DNA of 64,000 nucleotides from Spirochaetia bacterium (GTDB lineage: Bacteria; Spirochaetota; Spirochaetia; UBA9216): assembly GCA_963675665.1 (NCBI GenBank), contig OY776510.1:608001-672000 (forward strand). Reading direction: 5' to 3'. Under the pieces are notes generated by a model. That model did not search any database. It was not told the origin of the DNA and worked only from the letters and a program-made list of their open reading frames with translations. A program made the translations under genes and the position numbers. Positions 47,991 to 57,101 of this stretch are shown in pieces. Position 1 is the first letter of the stretch; every line of letters begins with the position of its first letter.

Positions 47991-49691
47991 CTATCCTATT
48001 AATATCGAAGCTTCAGGAAAAGTTATATTGGATTTCTTCTCCCGGCCTGAAGATGCCGTTAATAATGTCAGCGGGCCAATTCTGCCGGCGAACATAAGGC
48101 ATATTATACATATTTTACCGGCAATACTTAAAAACGGCGTTAATCCGGTTGATAATCCGACTGTTGCAAATGCCGACACGGTTTCAAAAATGATATTTAT
48201 CGGTTCAGCATTTTCAGTGATCATCAGAATAAATGAAACAGTAAAAATTGATACTACTGCAAAAGCAATAACAATAAACGCCTGCTGTATTTTAACCTGG
48301 GCAACCTGGTGTTTATACAGAAGTATTTCATCTCTTTCTCGTCGAAATGAATGAATGTACGCCCAGACAACACCGAGAGTATTAACCTTTATGCCCCCGG
48401 CTGTGCTTCCGGACGCTCCGCCGATAAACATTATGCCTATCATAAACATCAGGGTGCTGCTTCTAAGTACTCCGAAGTTGACAGTATTGAAACCGGCGGT
48501 TCTCAGTGTTACGGCCTGAAAAAAGGCGGAAAGGTATTGCCGGCCCAGGTCAATACCGTACAACAGGGATTCATGCTCAAGCTTGTATATAAAAAGCATT
48601 GATATTAATATCAGCCCTCCGGAAACCTTGAGGACAACCCTGGTATTGACCGAGAATGCCGGCTTATCACCGGAAAACAACTTTTTAAGACCCGCAGCCG
48701 TATCAATAATAACTATAAAACTGATGCCTCCGAGAATAATCAGCGCAGAGATAATCAGATTCAACGGTATGTTTCCCTGTAAAGATTCGAAACTGTCCGA
48801 ATAAAGAGAAAAGCCGGCGTTGCAGAACGCGCTGATTGAGTGAAAAACCGAATAAAAAACGGCCGAACCGGGAGCAAGGTCCGTATTTATAAAAACGGGA
48901 AACAGCAACACCGCTCCGGCGGCTTCTATAGAAAAGGTTAATGTTATTATTCTTTTTACGCTTTTTCTGATTGAGGCGATGTCCTTTTCTTCAAGCATAA
49001 AACTTAAAACGCTCCTGTCTTTCAGGCTTACCGAGCGCCTCAGCATAAGCACCATAAAGGATGAAAGAAGCATTATACCCAGGCCCCCTATCTGAATAAG
49101 CAGCATGATTACGGTTTTTCCCCAGATTGTGTAATGGGACGCTGTATCAACTACGGCAAGCCCGGTTACGCACACGGCTGAGGTAGCAGTAAAAAGAGCA
49201 TCAATAAGCCTTATGTGGCCTGACGTACTCATAAACGGCAGCAACAGAAGCAGCGCACCGGCCAGTATTACAATAAAAAAACTGAGAACTACCGTCTGCG
49301 CCGGTTTTGTAGCTATTGAGTTAAGGTATCCTGTAAATTTTCTGAATCGTCCGTACATTTTAAGTATCAGAAGAATATTTCTTATAATGATAAAGAAAAA
49401 ATTCAGCCCTGATGTTGTATCGGGAGAGAAGATCAGATTCAGTTTGTTAACAATAAAGAAGAAGCTGTATACGCCCAGAAAAACAACCGAGGGCAGATGG
49501 GCTTTGATATATCCTGATTTATACGGCGATTTTATGAAGCTGACAGCAGTTTCCGATATGATAAACAAAAACAGCAGATAATCAATCAGATTCACAATCC
49601 AGGGAAAGCCGGAGACAACATACGGCTGTTGCTCAAGATAAAGGCCTGCGACTCCCAGAAACAGAAGCAGAAATACGCCGAGTTTACTCAT
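47991..49691 (-). CDS. ktrB: Ktr/TrkH K+ transporter membrane subunit with a ~130-aa N-terminal extension
   Basis: Four pore loops SAVCVTGL, SAFCNAGF, RTAGF, SAFATVGL; MFIGGASGSTAGGIK; GRIGP. Confidence 0.93.
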   Translation of the reverse strand: MSKLGVFLLLFLGVAGLYLEQQPYVVSGFPWIVNLIDYLLFLFIISETAVSFIKSPYKSGYIKAHLPSVVFLGVYSFFFIVNKLNLIFSPDTTSGLNFFFIIIRNILLILKMYGRFRKFTGYLNSIATKPAQTVVLSFFIVILAGALLLLLPFMSTSGHIRLIDALFTATSAVCVTGLAVVDTASHYTIWGKTVIMLLIQIGGLGIMLLSSFMVLMLRRSVSLKDRSVLSFMLEEKDIASIRKSVKRIITLTFSIEAAGAVLLFPVFINTDLAPGSAVFYSVFHSISAFCNAGFSLYSDSFESLQGNIPLNLIISALIILGGISFIVIIDTAAGLKKLFSGDKPAFSVNTRVVLKVSGGLILISMLFIYKLEHESLLYGIDLGRQYLSAFFQAVTLRTAGFNTVNFGVLRSSTLMFMIGIMFIGGASGSTAGGIKVNTLGVVWAYIHSFRRERDEILLYKHQVAQVKIQQAFIVIAFAVVSIFTVSFILMITENAEPINIIFETVSAFATVGLSTGLTPFLSIAGKICIICLMFAGRIGPLTLLTASSGREKKSNITFPEASILIG

Positions 49692-49801
49692 AGACTAAGT
49701 ATACTCTTTTTATTTTGCAGATCAATAAACCATTCCTTCATTTTTATTTTAACAGGTTTCACACCGCTTGATATACTTATGCTGAACGAGGATAAATAAC
49801 A

Positions 49802-49828
49802 CGGGGCATCGTCAAGCCTGATGCCCCG
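49802..49828 (-). terminator. Probable terminator after the LapA-like gene
   Basis: CGGGGCATC...GATGCCCCG 9-bp stem followed by a T-rich tract on the minus strand. Confidence 0.6.
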
Positions 49829-49856
49829 GTTAACAGAATTATGAAGATATTATAAA

Positions 49857-50051
49857 CTATCTTATTCTTTTTCTTTTCAGGCCTATTATCAGCCCGCCGG
49901 AAATAAATCCCAGGATAAATATTATCAGGTACATTACCGCTCTCGACATGCTGAACGTCCATGCCAGAAATGTAATATCAACAACCTGCGGATTCTGCGC
50001 CATAAAGATCAGAACCAGTATTCCAAAGATTATTCCAAGAATAAATTTCAT
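49857..50051 (-). CDS. LapA/DUF1049-family small membrane protein
   Basis: IFMAQNPQVVDITFLAW motif, two TM segments, basic tail; GAGG SD. Confidence 0.8.
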   Translation of the reverse strand: MKFILGIIFGILVLIFMAQNPQVVDITFLAWTFSMSRAVMYLIIFILGFISGGLIIGLKRKRIR

Positions 50052-50066
50052 GTTCGATACACCTCT

Positions 50067-52517
50067 CTATTTTTTTATCAGTATAAACTCTACCCTCCGG
50101 TTTTTCCACCTGTTTGTAATATCACTGTGCGGAACTACCGGCCTGTTACCGCCGTATCCCATGGTTGTAAGTCTTGTTGCATTGATTCCCCTTGCAATAA
50201 GAGCTTCCTTTATTACTTCAGCTCGTTCTACAGAGAGCGGCAGGAGGACTTCGTCCTGTTCCGTTTGAAGCCTGGCGGGATTGTCCCAGTAAACCCTGGC
50301 TGTATGCCCTTCAAGACGAATACGGTATTGGCTGTATTTCTTCAGAATCTCGGCAAGCCTGTCAAGTGTGGCAAGATTTTTCATCTTCTCTTCCGGATCA
50401 ACATTCAGATAATCCGCCTTGTTGGGTACAAAGTAAATGCTTGATATTATTATCTTTAAATTCTCACCATCCTTCATAACCAGAATATCTATGGGAACAG
50501 TGGTTTCGGCCACAGTTGAATTTCCCATTTTATCGGTTACGGTATACTGAATTGAATAATCAGACGCAGATTGAACCAGCTCGTTTTTATCGGAGAGGCC
50601 GTTCCATTTTATGACATCCCTTGATTCGCCGGTCCCTGCAAAAGTACGAAAGTTGTTTCCGGCAGGATCGATTATCCTGATTTTCCAGAAATCTATTCCG
50701 GAGACGTCTTTTGCCGTCGCTTTAATACTCAGAATATCATCAACACCGTCCTGATCCGGGGAGAAAATTGCAGGAGAAACCGATACTTCAGCTTCCGGCC
50801 CGGTAATATCCACTCTGAAGGTTTTTTCCGTTATTGAAGTAATATAGTTTCCTTTAAGATACTCAACATTTAACCGGGCTGTATATTCATCCTCCCGGAT
50901 AATTCCTTTTTCGTCTACACCGTCCCAATCAATACGGGAAGGAAGCGCACTGGTAATTTCATTTGAACCAAATGATTTCGTCAGATCTCCGTTATGGTTT
51001 ATAATCTCCAGACCCCAGGTCCCAATTTCTTCAGGCATATTGGTAGTGAGATCAAATGATATAAAGTCGTTCATACCGTCGCCGTCGGGAGAAGCACCCT
51101 TGTTATTCGAAGAAATCCTGACCACGGGAATTCTTGTATCTACCCTGATACTCTTCAGCTCTTTCACAGTCTGATTATCTGCTTTGTCGGTGCATTCAAT
51201 CCGATAACTGTAAGTACCGTCCGGAACCTTAATCCCGTTACTGTCCAAAGCGTTCCATTCAAACTGAGATGCCCGGCCGGTCCAGGTTTGTTTTCTTATT
51301 TCATTTCCCGAATTATTAAGAATTGATGCAGACCACAGATCTTCCTGGCTTGTACTCTGGTTAATTTTCAGCGTGTCGCGTCTTCCGTCTCCGTCAGGTG
51401 AAAATAAAAGGTAAGCTGCAGATAAATAAACAAGCGGCGGGGCATTGTCTATTTCGAAAAGCTGTGACACATTCTCCGGCATACTACCGTTTTTAAAAGT
51501 AAGGCTGATATGCCCTTTATAGAAGCCGTCGGGAAGGATTCTGCCGTTATTATCTTTACCGTCAAAAAGGATTGACGCTGGAAGAGATTTTTCACCGCTA
51601 TAGCTTCTGACCGTTTCGCCTTTACTGTTATGGATCGAAACAGTCCATGAGGTTAAATCCGTTGTGCTTACTGCATCAGTTGTCAGCAACAGGGTATCTT
51701 TCTTTCCGTCGTTATTCGGCGAAAATGATTCAAGATTCCTGCTGATTGAAACCGGGGACCTTTCGGTATTCACGGTTATTCCATCCAGACTGAAAACAGA
51801 CTTGTTTGAAGCCTCGTCAGTACTGCTGATAATATAGGAATACTCGCCGTCCGGAACATATTTCTCGCTTGTGTCTTTACCGTTCCAGACAAAATCGGTG
51901 GCTATTCCTTTCCAAACAAAAGTCTTAACGCTTGTTCCGGCGCTGTTGATTATTTTGCCTTCCCATTTAGCTTCGATACTTGAAAACCGCTGAAATATTC
52001 TAACTGTATCCAGCCGGCCGTCGCCATCGGGAGAAAATAACGGATATGCAGCGGAAATTTCAACTGAAGGCGCGGTATTGTCTATTATCACCATGAAGGA
52101 TGGAGATTTGTAAGATTGTTCATTTCCGTAGAAAATATCGATATGATAGAAATAATCTCCGTCCGGCAGATATTTTCCATTTTGATCTACCCCGGCCCAG
52201 CTGAAACTTTCGGGTATTTTCACTCCGGGTTTTTTCTTTCTGGCTGATACTTCACCCTGTTTGTAGACGGTCTTTCCGGTCTGATCTTCAATGATGATCC
52301 TGTATTCTGAAATTACAAGATCCTTATAGGGCGGGAGGCTGAACTCTACCTTAAGTTCATCATTAAGCCCGTCCTGATTAACTGGCGAAATCCATGTAAC
52401 ATCTTTAGGCAGATTTTCCAGGTCTATTTGACCTTCAAACGTTGCGCAGCCGGCAATTACTGATATTGCAGTTATTGCAACCATAAATTTCAGATATTTT
52501 CTTAGTCTATTAGTCAT
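50067..52517 (-). CDS. OmpA-family lipoprotein with tandem FlgD-like Ig repeats
   Basis: Lipobox IAGC; six S-P-[DN]-x-DG-x-x-D-type repeats with W.G.D..G...DG.Y segments; C-terminal OmpA domain (EGHT, LS.ERA, NRRVEF); GGAGG SD. Confidence 0.88.
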   Translation of the reverse strand: MTNRLRKYLKFMVAITAISVIAGCATFEGQIDLENLPKDVTWISPVNQDGLNDELKVEFSLPPYKDLVISEYRIIIEDQTGKTVYKQGEVSARKKKPGVKIPESFSWAGVDQNGKYLPDGDYFYHIDIFYGNEQSYKSPSFMVIIDNTAPSVEISAAYPLFSPDGDGRLDTVRIFQRFSSIEAKWEGKIINSAGTSVKTFVWKGIATDFVWNGKDTSEKYVPDGEYSYIISSTDEASNKSVFSLDGITVNTERSPVSISRNLESFSPNNDGKKDTLLLTTDAVSTTDLTSWTVSIHNSKGETVRSYSGEKSLPASILFDGKDNNGRILPDGFYKGHISLTFKNGSMPENVSQLFEIDNAPPLVYLSAAYLLFSPDGDGRRDTLKINQSTSQEDLWSASILNNSGNEIRKQTWTGRASQFEWNALDSNGIKVPDGTYSYRIECTDKADNQTVKELKSIRVDTRIPVVRISSNNKGASPDGDGMNDFISFDLTTNMPEEIGTWGLEIINHNGDLTKSFGSNEITSALPSRIDWDGVDEKGIIREDEYTARLNVEYLKGNYITSITEKTFRVDITGPEAEVSVSPAIFSPDQDGVDDILSIKATAKDVSGIDFWKIRIIDPAGNNFRTFAGTGESRDVIKWNGLSDKNELVQSASDYSIQYTVTDKMGNSTVAETTVPIDILVMKDGENLKIIISSIYFVPNKADYLNVDPEEKMKNLATLDRLAEILKKYSQYRIRLEGHTARVYWDNPARLQTEQDEVLLPLSVERAEVIKEALIARGINATRLTTMGYGGNRPVVPHSDITNRWKNRRVEFILIKK

Positions 52518-52737
52518 TGAAATCCTCCTGAATTTCTTTTTCGTTAGATTCAACTTTCAGTATCCTGATCCCAAGATTCCTGAATCTGTTCAAAACACCG
52601 AAAAGCTCCGCCTGGTCCCTGACAGAGCCTTTAATTACAGTTGTCCCTTCCGGGGTTTTAAGAGTTTTTGCATCATCAAGCCATTCTTTCCAATCCCTTT
52701 CAATATGGCCTTTTACAACAATTTCTATGTTTTCCAT
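52510..52737 (-). CDS. Small ACT-like hypothetical protein associated with the MalT-like regulator
   Basis: EIVVKGHI...W.EW...T.I.G.V.DQAELFGVLNRFRNLGIRILKV; overlaps the ompA-like start. Confidence 0.75.
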   Translation of the reverse strand: MENIEIVVKGHIERDWKEWLDDAKTLKTPEGTTVIKGSVRDQAELFGVLNRFRNLGIRILKVESNEKEIQEDFND

Positions 52738-52832
52738 ATAGATCTCTTCATAGGTAATATTGATAATACGTCAGATTTGGATGAGAGAACCCTGCCGAAA
52801 GTTAGGTTTTTTGATTGTTAAGGTATGGTTTT

Positions 52833-54944
52833 TTAACGAATATTCAGGTTGCCGGCTTTCAGGATAGCCTGCATTCTGCTGTCGACATTCAATTTTCCGA
52901 AAATATTATTCAGGTGCCATTTTACGGTTCCGGTACTTATATAAAGAAGTTCTCCGATTTCCCTGTTTGAATGACCCCTGGAAAGCAGGGTAAGGATTTC
53001 TTTCTCTCTTTTACTGAGTTCTTCAACCGGCGGAATATCATTTTTCATCCGTCCGTCCGGATCAGGGCTGTTATTTTTATATTTTTCCCTGATGTCATCC
53101 AGAAGAACAGTGCTGTCTTCTACAAGAAACCTGCAGACTTCCATTAAATGAATGGATTCCAAAGCCTGCTCAGCATATTCAGCCGCCTTCTTTAAATTTC
53201 CGCTGTCCAGGCAGATTCTTGCCATGGCAGTCAGGATAAAACTTTCTTCGGGTATATAGGCTGTATCAGAAATTTCACCGGACAAGACTCTTTCTCCAAT
53301 TTTCAAAGCCGCCCCGGAATTTCCGGAAGCTGAAAGAGCATACATCAGGTTGTTTATAACAACGCAGTAAATGAAGATCTTCCCCGAGTCTTTCAGTTCC
53401 GCTGCTGCTGCTGATAATATTTCCGCCGCTTCTTTAGCCCGGCCGGAAAGGAAAAGATTCTTTCCATGAAGAATTATTGCCATATAAGAGTAAAATGTTT
53501 TTTCACTTCGTAAAAGTAAAAAGCTGTCTTCAGCATATTTTTTAAATGACGAATTGCCTGTTCTGTAAAGAACCCAGGCTTTAAGACATAAAACAGGGCC
53601 GGGTATTTCGGAATTTGTAAAATCAAAACTTTCATCCAGATGTTCATTAAAGATTTCCATGCTGATAAAATTGCCTGCAAGATAGTCAGCCCAGAGTTTA
53701 ACCTTTAAAACTGACGGATTATTTAAAAGAGCTTTTTCTGAATCATCCAGAAAATCGCTTATAATTTCAAATTTTCCAGTCAGAAACATGTTCTCAGACT
53801 CTCTGACCGTCAGTTCCTCAATTCTTGATGATCTGCCTGACAAAACTGCGTATTTAAATGCCGCATTAAGATGATTGTGATTTTCAAACCATTCCGAAGC
53901 CCGAAAATAAATCCCGTATTTATCAGGGTTTTTATATCTTGAATTTATGTATTCTGAAAAAAGCGTATGGTACCTGTACCATTGCTGATCAGTTTCCTGA
54001 ACAAGAAACGGAAGATGCTTCTTTTTTAGCTGCCGAATCACTGATTCGCTGTCTGTTTTCTGTCGCACAAAATCCGCTAACGTTGAATTAAAAGATTCCA
54101 TTAAAACCGTATCAACAATAAAATCCAGCACATCTTTGTCAATGTCCGATACAATCCAGTCGGAAAAGTAATCAATAACATAGTTATAACTGGCTAATGA
54201 ATTATCAATAGTTTTCATCCGGCTTTCGTCATCAAGTTTTAAAAGCGACAATGCGCATAATGACACGGCCGCCGGCCAGCCTTCAGTTTTCTTTTCAATT
54301 TTCCTGATATACTCTTCCGAAAGTGAAACACCCGCTTTATTAGTAACAACATCATTAATTTCTTCTAAACTGAAAACAAGATCATCTTGCCGCAATTCAT
54401 TAATACTCTGCGTTAATCTTCGCCTGGAAATGGAAAACTCGGGATCTTCCTGTGATAACACCATAAAATTAAGGTTGCCCGGCATATTATCCAGAATGGA
54501 TGAAATAAACTCCGTTATCCTCCCGTCATTTATATCCTGATAATTATCAATTACCAAAGTCAGATTATCGTTCAGTTTTTCAATTTCATAGGCAAAGACT
54601 TCCGAATAATATTCAGGCGTCCTGCTTATCGGAGAAGCGGCCGTCATTGAAATCAAATCACCGAAATCAGGAAAAGGCCTTCTTATACTTGAATTGAGAT
54701 AGCGGATAAATGAGAGAAAAATATTATCCGCCTTGCCTATGGTTAGCCATGCACAGTGAGAGTTCTCCGAAATCCAGGAAGAAACCAGCGAAGTTTTTCC
54801 GTATCCGGGAGGCGCAATTACCAGCGAAACGGACGGCGGATCTGAAATAAACCCTGTAAGTTTCTCTTCAAGTTTTTTCCTTGAAATAAATATACCGCGC
54901 GACTTCGGCGGAGTAACTTTTGACAATAAAACAAAAGAATTCAT
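52833..54944 (-). CDS. MalT-like LuxR-family STAND regulator
   Basis: K.TPP...R, Walker A APPGYGKT, WLT, TEGWPAA, WYRYH.LF, C-terminal LSKREKEIL...SNREI...TVKWHL.NIFGKL.V.SR. Confidence 0.92.
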   Translation of the reverse strand: MNSFVLLSKVTPPKSRGIFISRKKLEEKLTGFISDPPSVSLVIAPPGYGKTSLVSSWISENSHCAWLTIGKADNIFLSFIRYLNSSIRRPFPDFGDLISMTAASPISRTPEYYSEVFAYEIEKLNDNLTLVIDNYQDINDGRITEFISSILDNMPGNLNFMVLSQEDPEFSISRRRLTQSINELRQDDLVFSLEEINDVVTNKAGVSLSEEYIRKIEKKTEGWPAAVSLCALSLLKLDDESRMKTIDNSLASYNYVIDYFSDWIVSDIDKDVLDFIVDTVLMESFNSTLADFVRQKTDSESVIRQLKKKHLPFLVQETDQQWYRYHTLFSEYINSRYKNPDKYGIYFRASEWFENHNHLNAAFKYAVLSGRSSRIEELTVRESENMFLTGKFEIISDFLDDSEKALLNNPSVLKVKLWADYLAGNFISMEIFNEHLDESFDFTNSEIPGPVLCLKAWVLYRTGNSSFKKYAEDSFLLLRSEKTFYSYMAIILHGKNLFLSGRAKEAAEILSAAAAELKDSGKIFIYCVVINNLMYALSASGNSGAALKIGERVLSGEISDTAYIPEESFILTAMARICLDSGNLKKAAEYAEQALESIHLMEVCRFLVEDSTVLLDDIREKYKNNSPDPDGRMKNDIPPVEELSKREKEILTLLSRGHSNREIGELLYISTGTVKWHLNNIFGKLNVDSRMQAILKAGNLNIR

Positions 54945-55027
54945 AATCGATTATATATTTTCAGTCAGTTTTTAGCCTGTGTCAATCCAAAAACAGAGTA
55001 AATAAAAAAGAGCTGATGTTTTTGCTG

Positions 55028-56056
55028 TTATACGGCAAAAGCAAGCTTAATATTGGCTCCCGGGCCATCCCGTACTTCAACAGCAGCCTTCAGCTGATTT
55101 GACAGCATTTTTACCAGGGTAATTCCGAAACCGCTACTGGAACCTGTAAAAATATCCTGAGGAATACCGATTCCGTTGTCAAAATATTCTATATACACCA
55201 TGTTTTCTTTCTGTGTGATTTTCACATGTATTTCACAGTCGCACTGATCTTTAAACGCATGCTTAATGGAATTGGTGGATAATTCATTTATAATTATCCC
55301 TATATTGGATGCAATATTAGCATCAAGGTTTATATCATCAATTTCTGTCTTAATGGTGATGGGGTTCTCTTTTGATATTATATTTTCCATTTCAGCCATC
55401 AATGAATCAATATAAGTCTTTAATGAAATATCAAGAAAATTTTCCGACTGATAGAGCTTTTCATAAAGAACCATCATACTCTGAATTCTCACTGCGGCGT
55501 TATTCAGAATGCTCCTGGCCCGATCGTCAGTCTGGGATTCGGATTGAAGTTTTAATAATGAGTAAGTGATATTCATGTTGTTTTTTATTCTATGATGTAC
55601 TTCTTTCAAAATCAGAGTCTTTTCCTCAAGAAGCATCTTAACCTTTTCTTCAGCCTGTCTTTGCTTTGTATTATTCAAAACAAAGCATGATAAACCGATA
55701 ACTGAACCGTCAGGCAAAATCAGCGGAGAATAATAATCGATCCAATAAAGACGGGAGAGTTTATCGTCGCCGTATACTTCTTCCAAAACAAAAGATTCTC
55801 CGGCAAGGGCACGATCAAAGTTGGTTTTTGCATTTTCTCGGTCAGATTCCAGGCTGATAACCTCAAGCATATTAATACCTGTTGAAATATCTTTTCCCCA
55901 TATCTGTTTCATGGTTTTTTTATGATTTTCATTAAAGGAAATATATTTGTATTCTTTATCCAAAGCAAAAACAATCACGTCCGGAGAGCTTTCAATGATT
56001 GCATCCAGCATGCTGTTTTTCTGAATCAGAAGTTCTTTAATTTCTTCAGTTCTCAT
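55028..56056 (-). CDS. Cytoplasmic PAS-domain histidine kinase (HisKA_2)
   Basis: PAS (IVFALDKEY.Y..FN), EVHHRIKNN, NELSTNSIKHAF, DNGIG. Confidence 0.88.
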   Translation of the reverse strand: MRTEEIKELLIQKNSMLDAIIESSPDVIVFALDKEYKYISFNENHKKTMKQIWGKDISTGINMLEVISLESDRENAKTNFDRALAGESFVLEEVYGDDKLSRLYWIDYYSPLILPDGSVIGLSCFVLNNTKQRQAEEKVKMLLEEKTLILKEVHHRIKNNMNITYSLLKLQSESQTDDRARSILNNAAVRIQSMMVLYEKLYQSENFLDISLKTYIDSLMAEMENIISKENPITIKTEIDDINLDANIASNIGIIINELSTNSIKHAFKDQCDCEIHVKITQKENMVYIEYFDNGIGIPQDIFTGSSSGFGITLVKMLSNQLKAAVEVRDGPGANIKLAFAV

Positions 56057-56196
56057 AACTAAATCTTCCGTCCTGCCTAAAACCGTTGGAATCGTTTACT
56101 GCATCCGGTTAAAATTACTGTTCTTTTCCACAAATGTAATTCTATGTAATTCAAATTATAGTCTATTCATATTTCATAATCAAATCTGCTCATGGA

Positions 56197-57078
56197 TTAT
56201 TTCGCCAGCTCGTCTATTACAAGTGAAGCAATTCCAAGCACGCCTGCATCATTTTTATTTTCCGCATTAAGAAATTTTACATTTTCCCCGCTTACAGAAA
56301 AGGCTTTTTTCTTAACTTCCTTTTCAAGCGGCTTCAACAGGAAATCTCCGAGATTTGACAGCCCGCCGCCGATAATAACCGCCCCGGGATTAAACAGCGT
56401 TACCGCGTTTGCGATGCCTATGCTGAGATAATGTAAAAGATGCTCATACGCCTTTACGGCTGTTGAATTTCCACTGTTGTACTGATCTTTCAGCTCTTCG
56501 GCAGGAATGGAAAAAAGATTCTGCAAAGCCTTTCCCGAAGCAAGAGAATAAAGTTCCCGACCGTCAGAAAAAATAACATGACTGAGTTCTCCGGCAGCGC
56601 CGTCGGCTCCCCGGTACAATTTTCCGTCGATTACAACCCCGCAGCCGATACCTGTGCTTATAGTGATATAAAGAAAATTCCTGATGTTTTTTCCGGCCCC
56701 GCAACAGGCCTCTCCTGCAGCGGCAGCCCGCGCATCGTTTTCAATAAAAACAAATGTTCCGTATTTTTCCTGCAGTATCTTTTTTATCTCAACATTTACC
56801 CAACCTTTCAGATTCGGGCATTCAAAAGAGATACCGGAACCATTATCAACAGGACCCGGCAGGGCAATCCCAATCCCGGATAAATCATTTTCCGTCAAAT
56901 TACATCTTTTTAAAATAAAATCCACGGAACCGAAGATATTTTCGATAATATGCGCCTTGCCCTTTTCTGCTTCGGTATTTATCCTGTTTTTACCCAGTAC
57001 TTTGAGGTTTCGTTCAGGATCAACAAGTATCGTAGCAATTTTCGTCCCGCCAACATCTATTCCGAGGATTTTATTCAT
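56197..57078 (-). CDS. ROK-family sugar kinase (gluco- or beta-glucoside kinase)
   Basis: GIDVGGTK, PGPVD, ENDARAAA.GE, STGIGCG, GELSH, GGGLS. Confidence 0.9.
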   Translation of the reverse strand: MNKILGIDVGGTKIATILVDPERNLKVLGKNRINTEAEKGKAHIIENIFGSVDFILKRCNLTENDLSGIGIALPGPVDNGSGISFECPNLKGWVNVEIKKILQEKYGTFVFIENDARAAAAGEACCGAGKNIRNFLYITISTGIGCGVVIDGKLYRGADGAAGELSHVIFSDGRELYSLASGKALQNLFSIPAEELKDQYNSGNSTAVKAYEHLLHYLSIGIANAVTLFNPGAVIIGGGLSNLGDFLLKPLEKEVKKKAFSVSGENVKFLNAENKNDAGVLGIASLVIDELAK

Positions 57079-57101
57079 ATGTCTCTCCTGTTGAAACCCA
57101 A

